40,982 bases of DNA from Octopus bimaculoides. Taxonomy: Eukaryota. Positions 1-10,002 of the stretch are shown one piece after another. Under the pieces are notes generated by a model. That model saw only the letters and a list, made by a program, of their open reading frames with translations, was not told where the DNA came from and did not search any database. Position 1 is the stretch's first letter. The number at the start of each line of letters is the position of its first letter. The stretch is taken from the NCBI RefSeq assembly GCF_001194135.2, contig NC_068983.1, positions 64,794,213-64,835,194 of the forward strand, given 5' to 3'. A program made the translations under genes and the position numbers.

Positions 1-45
<45 letters not shown>

Positions 46-76
46 TTTATATATATAGGTATACATACATATACAT
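1..76. repeat. (TA)n microsatellite
   Basis: Direct dinucleotide run at the window start, degenerating into TACA/TATA. Confidence 0.95.
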
Positions 77-535
77 ATATGTATGTGAGTGTGTTTGTGT
101 GCATGTCTGAGGTAATCTTGATCTCCGACTCACCCACGAAGTTGTGTTGCATGAAAATAATGATATCATAGACAGACGAAAATAATGTGATACAGCGACA
201 GCAACTATCTGATCATGTGATTTCATCCTGCTATAATTTCTTCCGTGAACGGTGTATACAATTTCCGTGTCTATTCATTCACAAGTGTCGCAAACAGTGA
301 GTGGTTTAATCGAGCTGCTAGACATCTGTAATTGAGGAACCAATAGCATGGTGAAATCACATAATCTGGCAGTTAGCAGTTCCATAATCTATAGCAGATA
401 ATTCCCGTTGTTAACAATATATTTACGAGTGCATTTATGCAATACCAGTCATTATGGGAGATCCTGTGAAGGTTAATGATGCAGTAATCTATGCTCTAAC
501 ATAACCTCCGTGTTCAGCTTGAGATGAAGATCACA

Positions 536-536
536 G

Positions 537-573
<37 letters not shown>

Positions 574-1399
574 TANNNNNNNNNNNNNNNNNNNNNNNNN
601 NNNNNNNNNNNNNNNNNNNNNNNNNNNNNNNNNNNNNNNNNNNNNNNNNNNNNNNNNNNNNNNNNNNNNNNNNNNNNNNNNNNNNNNNNNNNNNNNNNNN
701 NNNNNNNNNNNNNNNNNNNNNNNNNNNNNNNNNNNNNNNNNNNNNNNNNNNNNNNNNNNNNNNNNNNNNNNNNNNNNNNNNNNNNNNNNNNNNNNNNNNN
801 NNNNNNNNNNNNNNNNNNNNNNNNNNNNNNNNNNNNNNNNNNNNNNNNNNNNNNNNNNNNNNNNNNNNNNNNNNNNNNNNNNNNNNNNNNNNNNNNNNNN
901 NNNNNNNNNNNNNNNNNNNNNNNNNNNNNNNNNNNNNNNNNNNNNNNNNNNNNNNNNNNNNNNNNNNNNNNNNNNNNNNNNNNNNNNNNNNNNNNNNNNN
1001 NNNNNNNNNNNNNNNNNNNNNNNNNNNNNNNNNNNNNNNNNNNNNNNNNNNNNNNNNNNNNNNNNNNNNNNNNNNNNNNNNNNNNNNNNNNNNNNNNNNN
1101 NNNNNNNNNNNNNNNNNNNNNNNNNNNNNNNNNNNNNNNNNNNNNNNNNNNNNNNNNNNNNNNNNNNNNNNNNNNNNNNNNNNNNNNNNNNNNNNNNNNN
1201 NNNNNNNNNNNNNNNNNNNNNNNNNNNNNNNNNNNNNNNNNNNNNNNNNNNNNNNNNNNNNNNNNNNNNNNNNNNNNNNNNNNNNNNNNNNNNNNNNNNN
1301 NNNNNNNNNNNNNNNNNNNNNNNNNNNNNNNNNNNNNNNNNNNNNNNNNNNNNNNNNNNNNNNNNNNNNNNNNNNNNNNNNNNNNNNNNNNNNNNNNNN

Positions 1400-1460
<61 letters not shown>
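536..1460. repeat. (CA)n and (GA)n microsatellites flanking an assembly gap (N 576-1399)
   Basis: (CA)n at 536-575, (GA)n at 1400-1460, N run between them. Confidence 0.95.
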
Positions 1461-1467
<7 letters not shown>

Positions 1468-1476
1468 ATATATATG

Positions 1477-2310
1477 CACATAAGCAATTGTCCGAAAATG
1501 TCATCAAAGTATTATCTACCGATGAGACATGATGTTGTATCTAGGAAAATCTGTAATGAAATCCGTCGGAAGGATAAACCCGAGGACAAAGAAATAAGAA
1601 CCCACAATATGGTAGAAGTCCTAGCCACTCATAATAAAAACGAATACTGGTGAAATGTCTCAGTGTATACCTCAATGAATTGTAAGCACAACAGACATGA
1701 TATTATGGTTTCGGATAAAGAAAAGAGACTGTGCACTGGAGCAGAACTTAGCTATCCAGCGGATGTTATCATAAAGCTGAAGATCAGTGAAAAAGAAAAC
1801 ACCTTTGTTGAACCATTGAGAAATCTAGAGTTACGCTATCCAGATTACAAGTTCAGGTTTATACCAGTAATTATTGGAGCCCTGTGATATGCAACACCAA
1901 TCTGGAGAAATTAGGCTTCTCAAAACCAGAAAGGAGACAACTAATTCAAAGACTATATATCCAATCCATCACTGGGACTGTAAAGATATGTAAAATTTCT
2001 CAGAAGTTTATCATTTAAATATATACGAGCATGTGTAGATATGCAACAATATGCATGACAATACATACATAAAACATACACATCTGGACATACATACATG
2101 CATGCATACATACCTACAAACATGCATACACACATACATACATACATACATACATACATACATACTTACTTACATACATACATATGTACATACATACAAA
2201 CAAAAATACCCCGTTGTTGATGTTGACATTCCAATGAAAGAGTCTTAGATCTAGGTTAGAAACTGGTTCTTCCTCTATCGGCAAGACATCTTGAAATAAC
2301 TGAATAATAA
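1477..2310 (+). mobile_element. R4/Dong-like RLE non-LTR retrotransposon, 5'-truncated 3' end (copy 1, degraded)
   Basis: Translates HISNCPKMSSKYYLPMRHDVV (tail of the CCHC knuckle), then EYW*N...CKHNRHDIMVSDKEKRLCTGAELSYPAD...EKEN...FIPVIIGAL. This matches the PD-(D/E)xK restriction-like endonuclease, with RPD changed to RHD. In-frame stops are present. The putative 3' UTR carries an internal (ACAT)n and ends at ...CTGAATAATAA, followed by (CATA)n. Confidence 0.8.
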
Positions 2311-2392
2311 CATACGTACATATACATACATGCGTACATACATGCGTACATACAAGCGTACATACATGCGTACATACATGCATTCATACATA
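2064..2392. repeat. (ACAT)n tracts inside and after the R4-like 3' UTR
   Basis: ACAT arrays at about 2064-2197 and 2311-2392; the second includes ACATGCGT variants. Confidence 0.9.
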
Positions 2393-2593
2393 CGACGGGG
2401 TGCCAAAAGGTCCCTGGTTTTAAGGCTATCGCGAAAGGCCTGGATGGAAGCTCAACCTTCTGAGTTCTTTTACAGGGCTTAGAAAAACTGTAGGTCTGCT
2501 GTTATAAGTGTGTGGATTTGAGAGAAGAATATATGAAATAGAATCATAACTAACTGATTTTACTCAAAGCCAGGAACTTAGCAGCATTCCTTC

Positions 2594-2594
<1 letters not shown>
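2393..2594 (+). mobile_element. Mariner-derived MITE (~200 bp)
   Basis: Left end TA|CGACGGGGTGCCAAAAGGTCCCTGGTTTT. The right end reverse-complements to CGAAGGAATGCTGCTAAGTTCCTGGCTTT, an imperfect mariner-type TIR. The interior encodes a mariner C-terminus-like remnant (LQGLEKL*VCCYKCVDLREEYMK*, cf. FY..GI.KLV.RW.KCV...G.YVE*). Confidence 0.7.

Positions 2595-2595
<1 letters not shown>

Positions 2596-2635
<40 letters not shown>
2596..2635. repeat. (TA)n microsatellite
   Basis: Direct run between the MITE and the LINE. Confidence 0.95.
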
Positions 2636-2638
<3 letters not shown>

Positions 2639-3855
2639 CAAAATCATGGAACGGATAATCAGAGGGAAACTAGTCACATTCCTTGAAGAAAACGACTTTC
2701 TGAGTGATACCCACCATGGTTTTCGGCCAGGTATGGGCTGCCTGAAACAGCTCTTACAGGACTAAGACTGGGTGTTGAGACAGTTACTCAGCAGCTCAAA
2801 TGTGGATATAATATACCTTGGCTTTGCGTGTTCTCGGCATAGCTGGAAAACTGGGAGAGTGATTACATGACTTTCTGAAAGATAAATGTCAAGCAGTAGT
2901 GGCCAATGGAGCCACTTGAACGAAAACACAAATAGTGACTAATGTTCCACGGGGCACGTTCTTGGGACTACTACTTTTCATATACGCTCTCATATATGCC
3001 CTGCGCTACCAGCACTGAAAACTGAATATAAAACTTACAAGGTCGCACTGATCCACAGGGGATTACAATCCCAGAGTTTAGATCAGTAAGCGGCCTGGGT
3101 ATCAACATGAGTGATAATGCCTCATTCGAAGTGCACATTACCAGGGTGATGACAAGGTGCATAAGACTGGCTGGAGGGATCGTGAGAACCTTCAGTTCCA
3201 GAGAGAAGAAAACCATGACGGTTCTCTGGAGGATATTCTTCCTCGGCCGCCTGGATTATTGCTACCAGCTTTGGACACACCGCAGTATAAAATTAACAGC
3301 GGTCATTTACGCAATCAAGCGAAGATTCGCAAAGAAAATCGTCTCATTGCAACACCTCAGCTACTGGAATAAGCTGAAAAAAGCTAAGATTCTATTCCCT
3401 GGAGCGAAAGCGTGAGCGAAAGCGTGAGCGAAAGCGTGAGCGAAAGCGTGAGCGATATGCAGTAATCTACATCTGGAATATCCTATAAGAGATTGTGTCA
3501 AAATTCGTTATTAAAAGCTACACAAATGCCAGAACGGGGCGTCACTGCACAATGCCAAACATCCCAGCAATGGCATCGCTTTTCAGAACTAGTTACTATA
3601 ACAACCTGGGTTTCAGGAGCCCACGGCTCTTTAATATTCTCCTAAAGAGGCTGAGGCACCTATAAAATGTGGATGTAGGTGTTTGCAAATCAAAACTGAG
3701 CTGCTTCCTGTCGAGAGCCCGACTTGAACATATTTCGCGGCGTGAGGTGAAAATTCCCTTATTCACCAAAGGCCACATATCGGAGGAGGGTCTCAATAAT
3801 AATAACAGTGTAGTAGTAAAACGGTGTTACCCCAGCTTGGCCATAGCTAAGCAAA
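2635..3855 (+). mobile_element. CR1-group LINE, RT and C-terminal fragment (copy 1, degraded, internally deleted)
   Basis: SKIMERIIRGKLVTFLEENDFLSDTHHGFRPG..CLKQLL, NVDIIYL, VPRGTFLGLLLFI (VPQG..LGP motif), LWRIFFLGRLDYCYQLW and LSYWNKLK. The YADD region is deleted; stops and frameshifts are present. Confidence 0.85.
3402..3455 (+). repeat. 12-bp tandem repeat (GAGCGAAAGCGT)x4.5 inside the LINE
   Basis: Perfect copies at 3402, 3414, 3426 and 3438, plus a partial copy at 3450. Confidence 0.95.
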
Positions 3856-4439
3856 ATGTACGTAGGTACGTAGATGCATAAATCATGTGATTGATTTGTA
3901 GATNNNNNNNNNNNNNNNNNNNNNNNNNNNNNNNNNNNNNNNNNNNNNNNNNNNNNNNNNNNNNNNNNNNNNNNNNNNNNNNNNNNNNNNNNNNNNNNNN
4001 NNNNNNNNNNNNNNNNNNNNNNNNNNNNNNNNNNNNNNNNNNNNNNNNNNNNNNNNNNNNNNNNNNNNNNNNNNNNNNNNNNNNNNNNNNNNNNNNNNNN
4101 NNNNNNNNNNNNNNNNNNNNNNNNNNNNNNNNNNNNNNNNNNNNNNNNNNNNNNNNNNNNNNNNNNNNNNNNNNNNNNNNNNNNNNNNNNNNNNNNNNNN
4201 NNNNNNNNNNNNNNNNNNNNNNNNNNNNNNNNNNNNNNNNNNNNNNNNNNNNNNNNNNNNNNNNNNNNNNNNNNNNNNNNNNNNNNNNNNNNNNNNNNNN
4301 NNNNNNNNNNNNNNNNNNNNNNNNNNNNNNNNNTTTCAAGTGCAAAGAGTGAAAATAAATCCGAGTGAAAACAAAAGTTTTACCACAATTAACAGTTTAC
4401 TAACTGAAAAAACGCCTTATGTTTGTAAACAGGAATGCC

Positions 4440-4464
4440 TATATATATATATATATATATTTAT

Positions 4465-4527
<63 letters not shown>
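4440..4527. repeat. (TA)n + (GATA)n compound microsatellite
   Basis: Direct runs. Confidence 0.95.
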
Positions 4528-5399
4528 CACAAGTCAGTATTGTATAATTTTCTACTGTTCGTTACTGTGGATCATTTATGGAGATCATGTGAAAAGTGAA
4601 ATAGTTGAATTCCCATTTATGTCACACTGACATGGGGATATGTACTCACCATTGCACATGAACTTATCACTTTGTTACTTACTGCCTATCAGCTATGTAC
4701 TCTTCAGATGCATATCTGTTTGTAGTCAGTTATTTTTCATTGAAAAAGAAAAAGAGGAACCACGAAATAAACGGTAAATTACTTCTTTCTTTACTGAAGC
4801 GTAGTCATTTCCGTTAGTCGTTGCACAGCTTTTACACGTGATGGAAGTTAAGTACAATGTTTGTTTGTAAAGGGTTTTCAAAACCTACTAAAATAGATAA
4901 GAGATATTAAGATAAATATTTAAGATGGTAGATAGTAACATTGCACATAAAATGAAATGTCATTCGCGTTCAATAAATAAATTGAACAACAATGCTATTA
5001 AAAGCACGAATAATTTAGGAACAAAGGAAAACGAAATGATTCCTGGCTGATAAAGATTCGTAAATGTTTGACATATGTAAAGGACAAAAGTTTGTATTTA
5101 AAGAGAGATGACTCAAAAATTTGTCACCAGTATATGTTGAACCAAGTGTAGGACTCAACAGATATTCAGTATATAAATTAATAGTTGAGTAACTGTTCAC
5201 ATGCTTTGACTTATTAAAACTTGTAACAATGTGACTTATGATTTAGTAATCAATGATTCCTCAAACTACAGAAAAATCCTGCAATAATATCTATTTATTT
5301 AACAGTTTTTCAAAGAAATTATCGTGGACTTTACCAGACAAGTCATAGATNNNNNNNNNNNNNNNNNNNNNNNNNNNNNNNNNNNNNNNNNNNNNNNNN

Positions 5400-5806
5400 G
5401 CTGCAGCACTACCTTTAGCCGAACAAATCGACCCAAAAATTTATATTTTGTAAGCCTAATACTTATTATATCCGCTTCTTTTGCCGAACCACTAAACTAC
5501 AGGGACGTAAACACTCCTACATCGGTTTTCAAGCGATGGTGTGGGGTACAAACACAGATACAGAAACCTATACATATACATTAACAAATTAAGGAAAATA
5601 ATTCTTGCAAAAGGGTGTGTGTGTAACATTCAATTCCCTGGTACGTCTGTTGAATACCATATAAATATTGATACAATGCAAAATACAAAGGTAAGATTAA
5701 ATAGCGAGATATAAAGGAAAATCCAGTACTTTATTTATATTATAATATAACATAATATATAAATAAATTATTGGATTGTCAATTGTATGTATCTAATTTC
5801 ATCTTT

Positions 5807-5849
<43 letters not shown>

Positions 5850-6043
5850 CACGACGGTCTTCTTTCAGTTTCCGTTTACCACATCCGCTNNNNNNNNNNA
5901 CGGTCTTCTTTCAGTTTCCGTTTACCACATCCGCTCACAAGTCTTTAGTCGGCCCGAGTTTATAGTAGAAGACATTCGCCCAGGGTGCCAGGCAGTGTGA
6001 CTGAACCCTGAACACACAGCCGTTTCTGCGCCTACACAGCCAC
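5400..6043 (-). mobile_element. tRNA-derived CORE-like SINE (family A), with an internal microsatellite and extra inserted sequence
   Basis: The minus strand shows a GGGTTCAGTC B-box-like head and CCCTGGGCGAATGTCTTC (CORE-like), an internal (TA)(TG) tract, and a tail homologous to copies at 14.0, 26.2 and 35.1 kb. Confidence 0.8.
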
Positions 6044-6077
6044 TTTTCTTGATTGGGAATATTCTTCATTTTCTGAA

Positions 6078-6120
6078 CTCTCTCTCTCCCTCTGTCTCTC
6101 TCTCTCACTCTCTCTCTCTT

Positions 6121-6166
<46 letters not shown>

Positions 6167-6177
6167 TCTCTGTCTTT
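6078..6177. repeat. (CT)n microsatellite
   Basis: Direct run with few interruptions. Confidence 0.95.
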
Positions 6178-6519
6178 CTGCCCCCGATAATAGTTAACTT
6201 AGCTTATGAAATTCTTACTCAATATCATTATCCAAATGCTTGGCTATTCTAGAAAGAGTTGTAAGACATTCTTTGTATACTGTATTTAATTAAAATGTTT
6301 TTAAAGTCATGTCAAATTCTTTGTTTTCATTTTTTATTTTAATTTCTGACAGATATATTTATGTATGTGTGTGCGTCTATATGTGTGTGTGATTTTGTAT
6401 ACAGCGTTTTGATTCTGTTCTTATTAACACATTTTTTTAATTACTTTCTGACAAGTTTATGCGAAAATAGCTTAAACATTAACATAAAGATGTATTTGTA
6501 TTGAGAATGTTTTTCTGTG

Positions 6520-7010
6520 CTTTAGATGTAAGCATTTCACCAACTGGTCATATAGAGAAAAGTTCAAACTGTTTTGTAGCACATGCAATTCAGGCGGAAA
6601 TATTAATGTGTTTTTGCTAGGCTTTCATTTCTTTATTGTAGCAAGTTAATAACTGCCTTAAAATTGTAGATAAACTGGTTCGCTTCTTGTCTCCTCTAAT
6701 AGAAAAATGTCAGCTCTTGACCAACGCTATATTCATTTACGTTCCTGACTGCATATGATATGTGCTACAGTTTGATTGAATGCATTGTACATTGGCTTCA
6801 TTTATTCCCCACTGGATTTCTACTCCTCCACAGTGTTCAAATACAGAACGGAAATATTTATATATTCGTAGCGTTCATTGAAGCAGTCTTATTTGCGTGC
6901 GCAAGGATATTGTATGCTGTATACATTAACTTGTTAAAAATGACTTTGTTGATTTTATTTGGTGTGTCATTGTTAGGGCATACAATGATTAATGTAGCAC
7001 AGCTGGTTGT
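6520..7010 (-). mobile_element. Possible highly decayed Helitron/PIF1-type helicase remnant
   Basis: Minus-strand pieces IIVCPNNDTPNKINKVIFNKL (cf. AIL.P.N..V..IN..IL..L), ISVLYLNTVE, ADIFL and YLQF..LATIKK (cf. RLQFPV.LAFAMTINK) occur in the expected order. Many stops; weak match. Confidence 0.35.
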
Positions 7011-7424
7011 TGATGACATCGCGCTTGATTTGGATGCAATAATTGTTAGTTCAGAAATACACTACGAATTCATTACTCGAAACAAGTCTTAAGGACATTT
7101 TAGATGATGCATGGAAGTGACTTACAAAAGTATCGTTTATGATTTACACTTTGAGATTAACACGTATTCGCAATGGGAGTGTACATATAATTAATTTAAG
7201 TGGTTGTTGAATGTCCTTAATTATATAAAGATCATTGTATATTTATTTTCCAGTACGCAACTATGTCTATACACTTTGTTATTTTTTTATTGTAGAGATT
7301 GTTGAGTATCATTTCAATTATAGCAGTTGAAAATGCGATGAAAGACGCATCATTTAACTCTAATAATGTGTTTTGTTTTACAGACTGGCACTCCGTCGTT
7401 TACGAAGACATGGTTTCTAGTTGG

Positions 7425-7592
7425 TCCGATCAACGGAATAGCCTGCTCGTGAAATTAACGTGCAAGTGGCTGAATCTCTACAGAATACTAACATAATTCT
7501 CAGGGAGATTCAATGTAACACAGAGTGTGACAAAGCTGGCCCTTTGAAATACAGGTATTACTCGTTTTTGTCAACTGAGTGCTCAGGATCAA
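7425..7592 (-). mobile_element. SINE family B body fragment
   Basis: GCCTGCTCGTGAAATTAACGTGCAAGTGGCTGA...CAGAGTGTGACAAAGCTGGCCCTTTGAAATACAGG is a SINE body recognised from memory. Its right end (GGATCAACGT) resembles the start of the head-side fragment at 40905-40982. Confidence 0.6.
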
Positions 7593-7604
7593 CGTATTTG
7601 TGTT

Positions 7605-10001
7605 GTCATGAGGGCCGCACTCCAATTATATAAGATATTTAATAAAAAATTATTGCAGAATATTTTTCTTACTTAAACTTGGAAACATACTATGGTTTTG
7701 CCACATTCAAGAATGCAAAGTAATGACGTAGTTTACCAAAAGAGAAACGCAAAATTTTAAACGGCAACATAGATTTGAATGCAACAACAACAAATACATT
7801 GCAGAAAAATTACAATAGTTTAAAATGAACATTTATTTACGACTATTAAAACATTTTTAGTGCTTTGTCCTCAGGCTTGACACTACTTTTTGCTGACACT
7901 TTTTGTTATGTCTGGTTGAAATGTCTGTACAGCTCCGAGTTTGATAAGAGATAACAAGTGTTGACCAGTCAGCCTTGTTCTCTGAGAAGATTTTGTTGAA
8001 TTCATGAACGAAAATAACTGTTCACACACATAGGTAACACCAAACATTGCCTTAATCCTTGTGGCAAACTTTCTGAAGTTTTTAAAGTTTTCATGAAGGT
8101 ATGAAAAAAAAAACAGGTATCCCAACTTCAAAATATTTCTTCTGCCTTAGCAACATCAAAAATGAATGGCGCTTAGAATAATAGAAATAAATGTTCAAAA
8201 GATAAGAAACCACGAAATCTTTCCTGAAGTTCCTGTCACAACAATTCCAGGTAACTGTCATACTTGGCAAAGCTAAAAACACACTCAGTATTAGGACTAG
8301 TTTTCAGATCCTTGCACGTTGGAAAATGAACTAAATTTTCATTTGGCAACTGTCACTTCCATAAGCTTAATTTTGTAATGAAGCACTTGCTGTCATCACA
8401 CAGCTGAGTGATGAGCTTGTGTTAATTTGTAGTTTCAAATTGAGATCTATTAATTGTGCAGTAATATCCGTAGCAAAAACCAGATCCTGTAGCCAACTCT
8501 CATGTTTTATTTCATCTGTGCTTTGACATCTCATTTCCAAAAACATTATTAGTCCTTGTATCAACAAATAGAATCTTTTTCAGTACTTTGTGGCATGACA
8601 ACCAGCGGACTTCAGTGTAGAATGGAACATCAGCGAACTGATTATCTTCCAACAACTGGCTGAATTGATGTGGTTCCCCCTCTTTGTGACCAAATTAAGC
8701 ACACGATCCAATTTTAAAATCTTTGAACATAAATTTTGTTGATAAATAATACAGGGAAAATATGCAAATTATAAATCTGGATACAACTTGTCTATTTTTG
8801 TTCGTAACGTGGCAGCAAACCATTATGTCTGCTAGCCATATCCGTAGATACGCATACAAGTTTACTCAAATCAAAACCATAGTCATGCAGAACATGTTCG
8901 ACTTTCTCAAAGATGTCCTGGTTTGTTATAGTGCCATACATGGAGATCAGTTCAATCAGTTCCTCATAAATATTAAATTCACTTTCACAGGCCCTGATGA
9001 AGATCGCAAGCTGTGCTATTCCAGTTATGTCAATGGTTTCATCAATAGCAATAGCAAAATGTGCAAATCTTGATGATGCGGCTTTCAACTGTTGTTTCAA
9101 ACCACCTGACATTTCATCAGTCCGTTCAGCAACAGTGTTCCTGGTTAGTGAAATATTTTTGAAAGTGTGCTTTCTCTGTACACACAATTTCAGCCGTTTT
9201 TACAAGGCATTGCTTTACGAAATCTCCTTCACTTTAAGGTTTCCCATTCATGGTGATCATTCGGTTGAGTTCATAAATTGCAGTAACGGAAGCGACATTC
9301 CCTTTCTGATTTTTTGTAAAACAAGTCCGTTGCTGTGTCAAGCTAGCCTTCAATTCCTTGAGTCTTGAAACACTTATTTGACCTTCATATTTATTGTGAG
9401 GTCGTAGGTTCGTTTTATAATGTCCTTTCAAGTTGTACTCTTTCGGCGTGGTAATGATGTTGTTGCAAATTAAATAATGCTTCTTTACATTCACCGTTGT
9501 GCAAAAATACTGTAATTGCCATTTTACTTGAAACACTCGTTCTTCTTCGTTCAGTTTCCCTTTTCTCTTAGCTGGAGGAGCACTAACCATTTTAATGACG
9601 AAATAGATTTGTAAGTCTATTCACTGGAAATGCTTCTAATCACCGGAAATGCAGTGCACTGGGGCAGAGGTCGCAGGACACAGGCAATGCAGGGCTTGAA
9701 TGCGCTCTCTTAACTCCGTCCACTAGATGAGAATTTAACGAATGACGAAAGGAAGAAAGGAAAATCGACTCGTATGACATGTACATTCCGCGAAGTGAAA
9801 ATATCTATAACGTTTGATGCACGAAGCAACCGGAGCCGCGAATTAGCTGATTGGTTGCTCACTGATGAGAAATTCCGTTACTCCGGGCCTCCGAGTAATT
9901 GTATAACATTTTTCCTGTCTGTAATCAGGCCGTTATCCAATGACGCCAATAGGGGGGAATGGGTGGTGTGCTTGCAATGGGCCGCATGTTTGATATGCTT
10001 G
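7605..10001 (-). mobile_element. hAT DNA transposon, Buster/Charlie (GTF2IRD2-like) type, transposase pseudogene
   Basis: Minus-strand fragments in order: KRK..EERVFQVKW...LIC...KEYNLKGHY (BED-like zinc finger), FAIAIDETIDITGIAQLAIFIR (first D), VCVSTD (second D), FYTEVRWLS, WLQDLVFATDIT, and MFGVTYVCEQLFSFMN..KS.QRTRL (dimerisation domain). The 5' end reads CAAGCATATCAAACATGCGGCCC and abuts ATGTATAC (nnnTAnnn, Buster-type target). The other end and the second TSD were not found. Confidence 0.9.
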
Positions 10002-10002
10002 A

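Noticed and set aside
130-330. Minus-strand exon-like block with an acceptor near 328 and a GTGAGT donor near 130
   Set aside because: Stops in all three frames and no supporting homology.
473-1507. Long ORFs in the track crossing N gaps (also near 3.8-4.3, 16.1-16.6, 20.6-21.0, 26.1-27.0, 34.1-34.5, 35.1-36.1 and 36.9-37.9 kb)
   Set aside because: They are open only because of Ns and stop-free microsatellites (SLSL, THTH, MYVC, ERER translations).
3402-3455. CRISPR-like array
   Set aside because: Head-to-tail tandem repeat without spacers, in a eukaryotic LINE.
5854-5935. Exact 36-bp duplication either side of a 10-N gap
   Set aside because: Typical unmerged contig overlap, so an assembly artefact rather than a biological repeat.
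6760-7092. 110-aa hydrophobic plus-strand ORF as a membrane protein
   Set aside because: No recognisable family; it is antisense to the putative Helitron-like remnant in AT-rich DNA.
8995-9010. CTGATGA hammerhead-core-like heptamer
   Set aside because: It lies within hAT transposase coding sequence (antisense to LAIFIRA) and has no stem II/GAAA partner.
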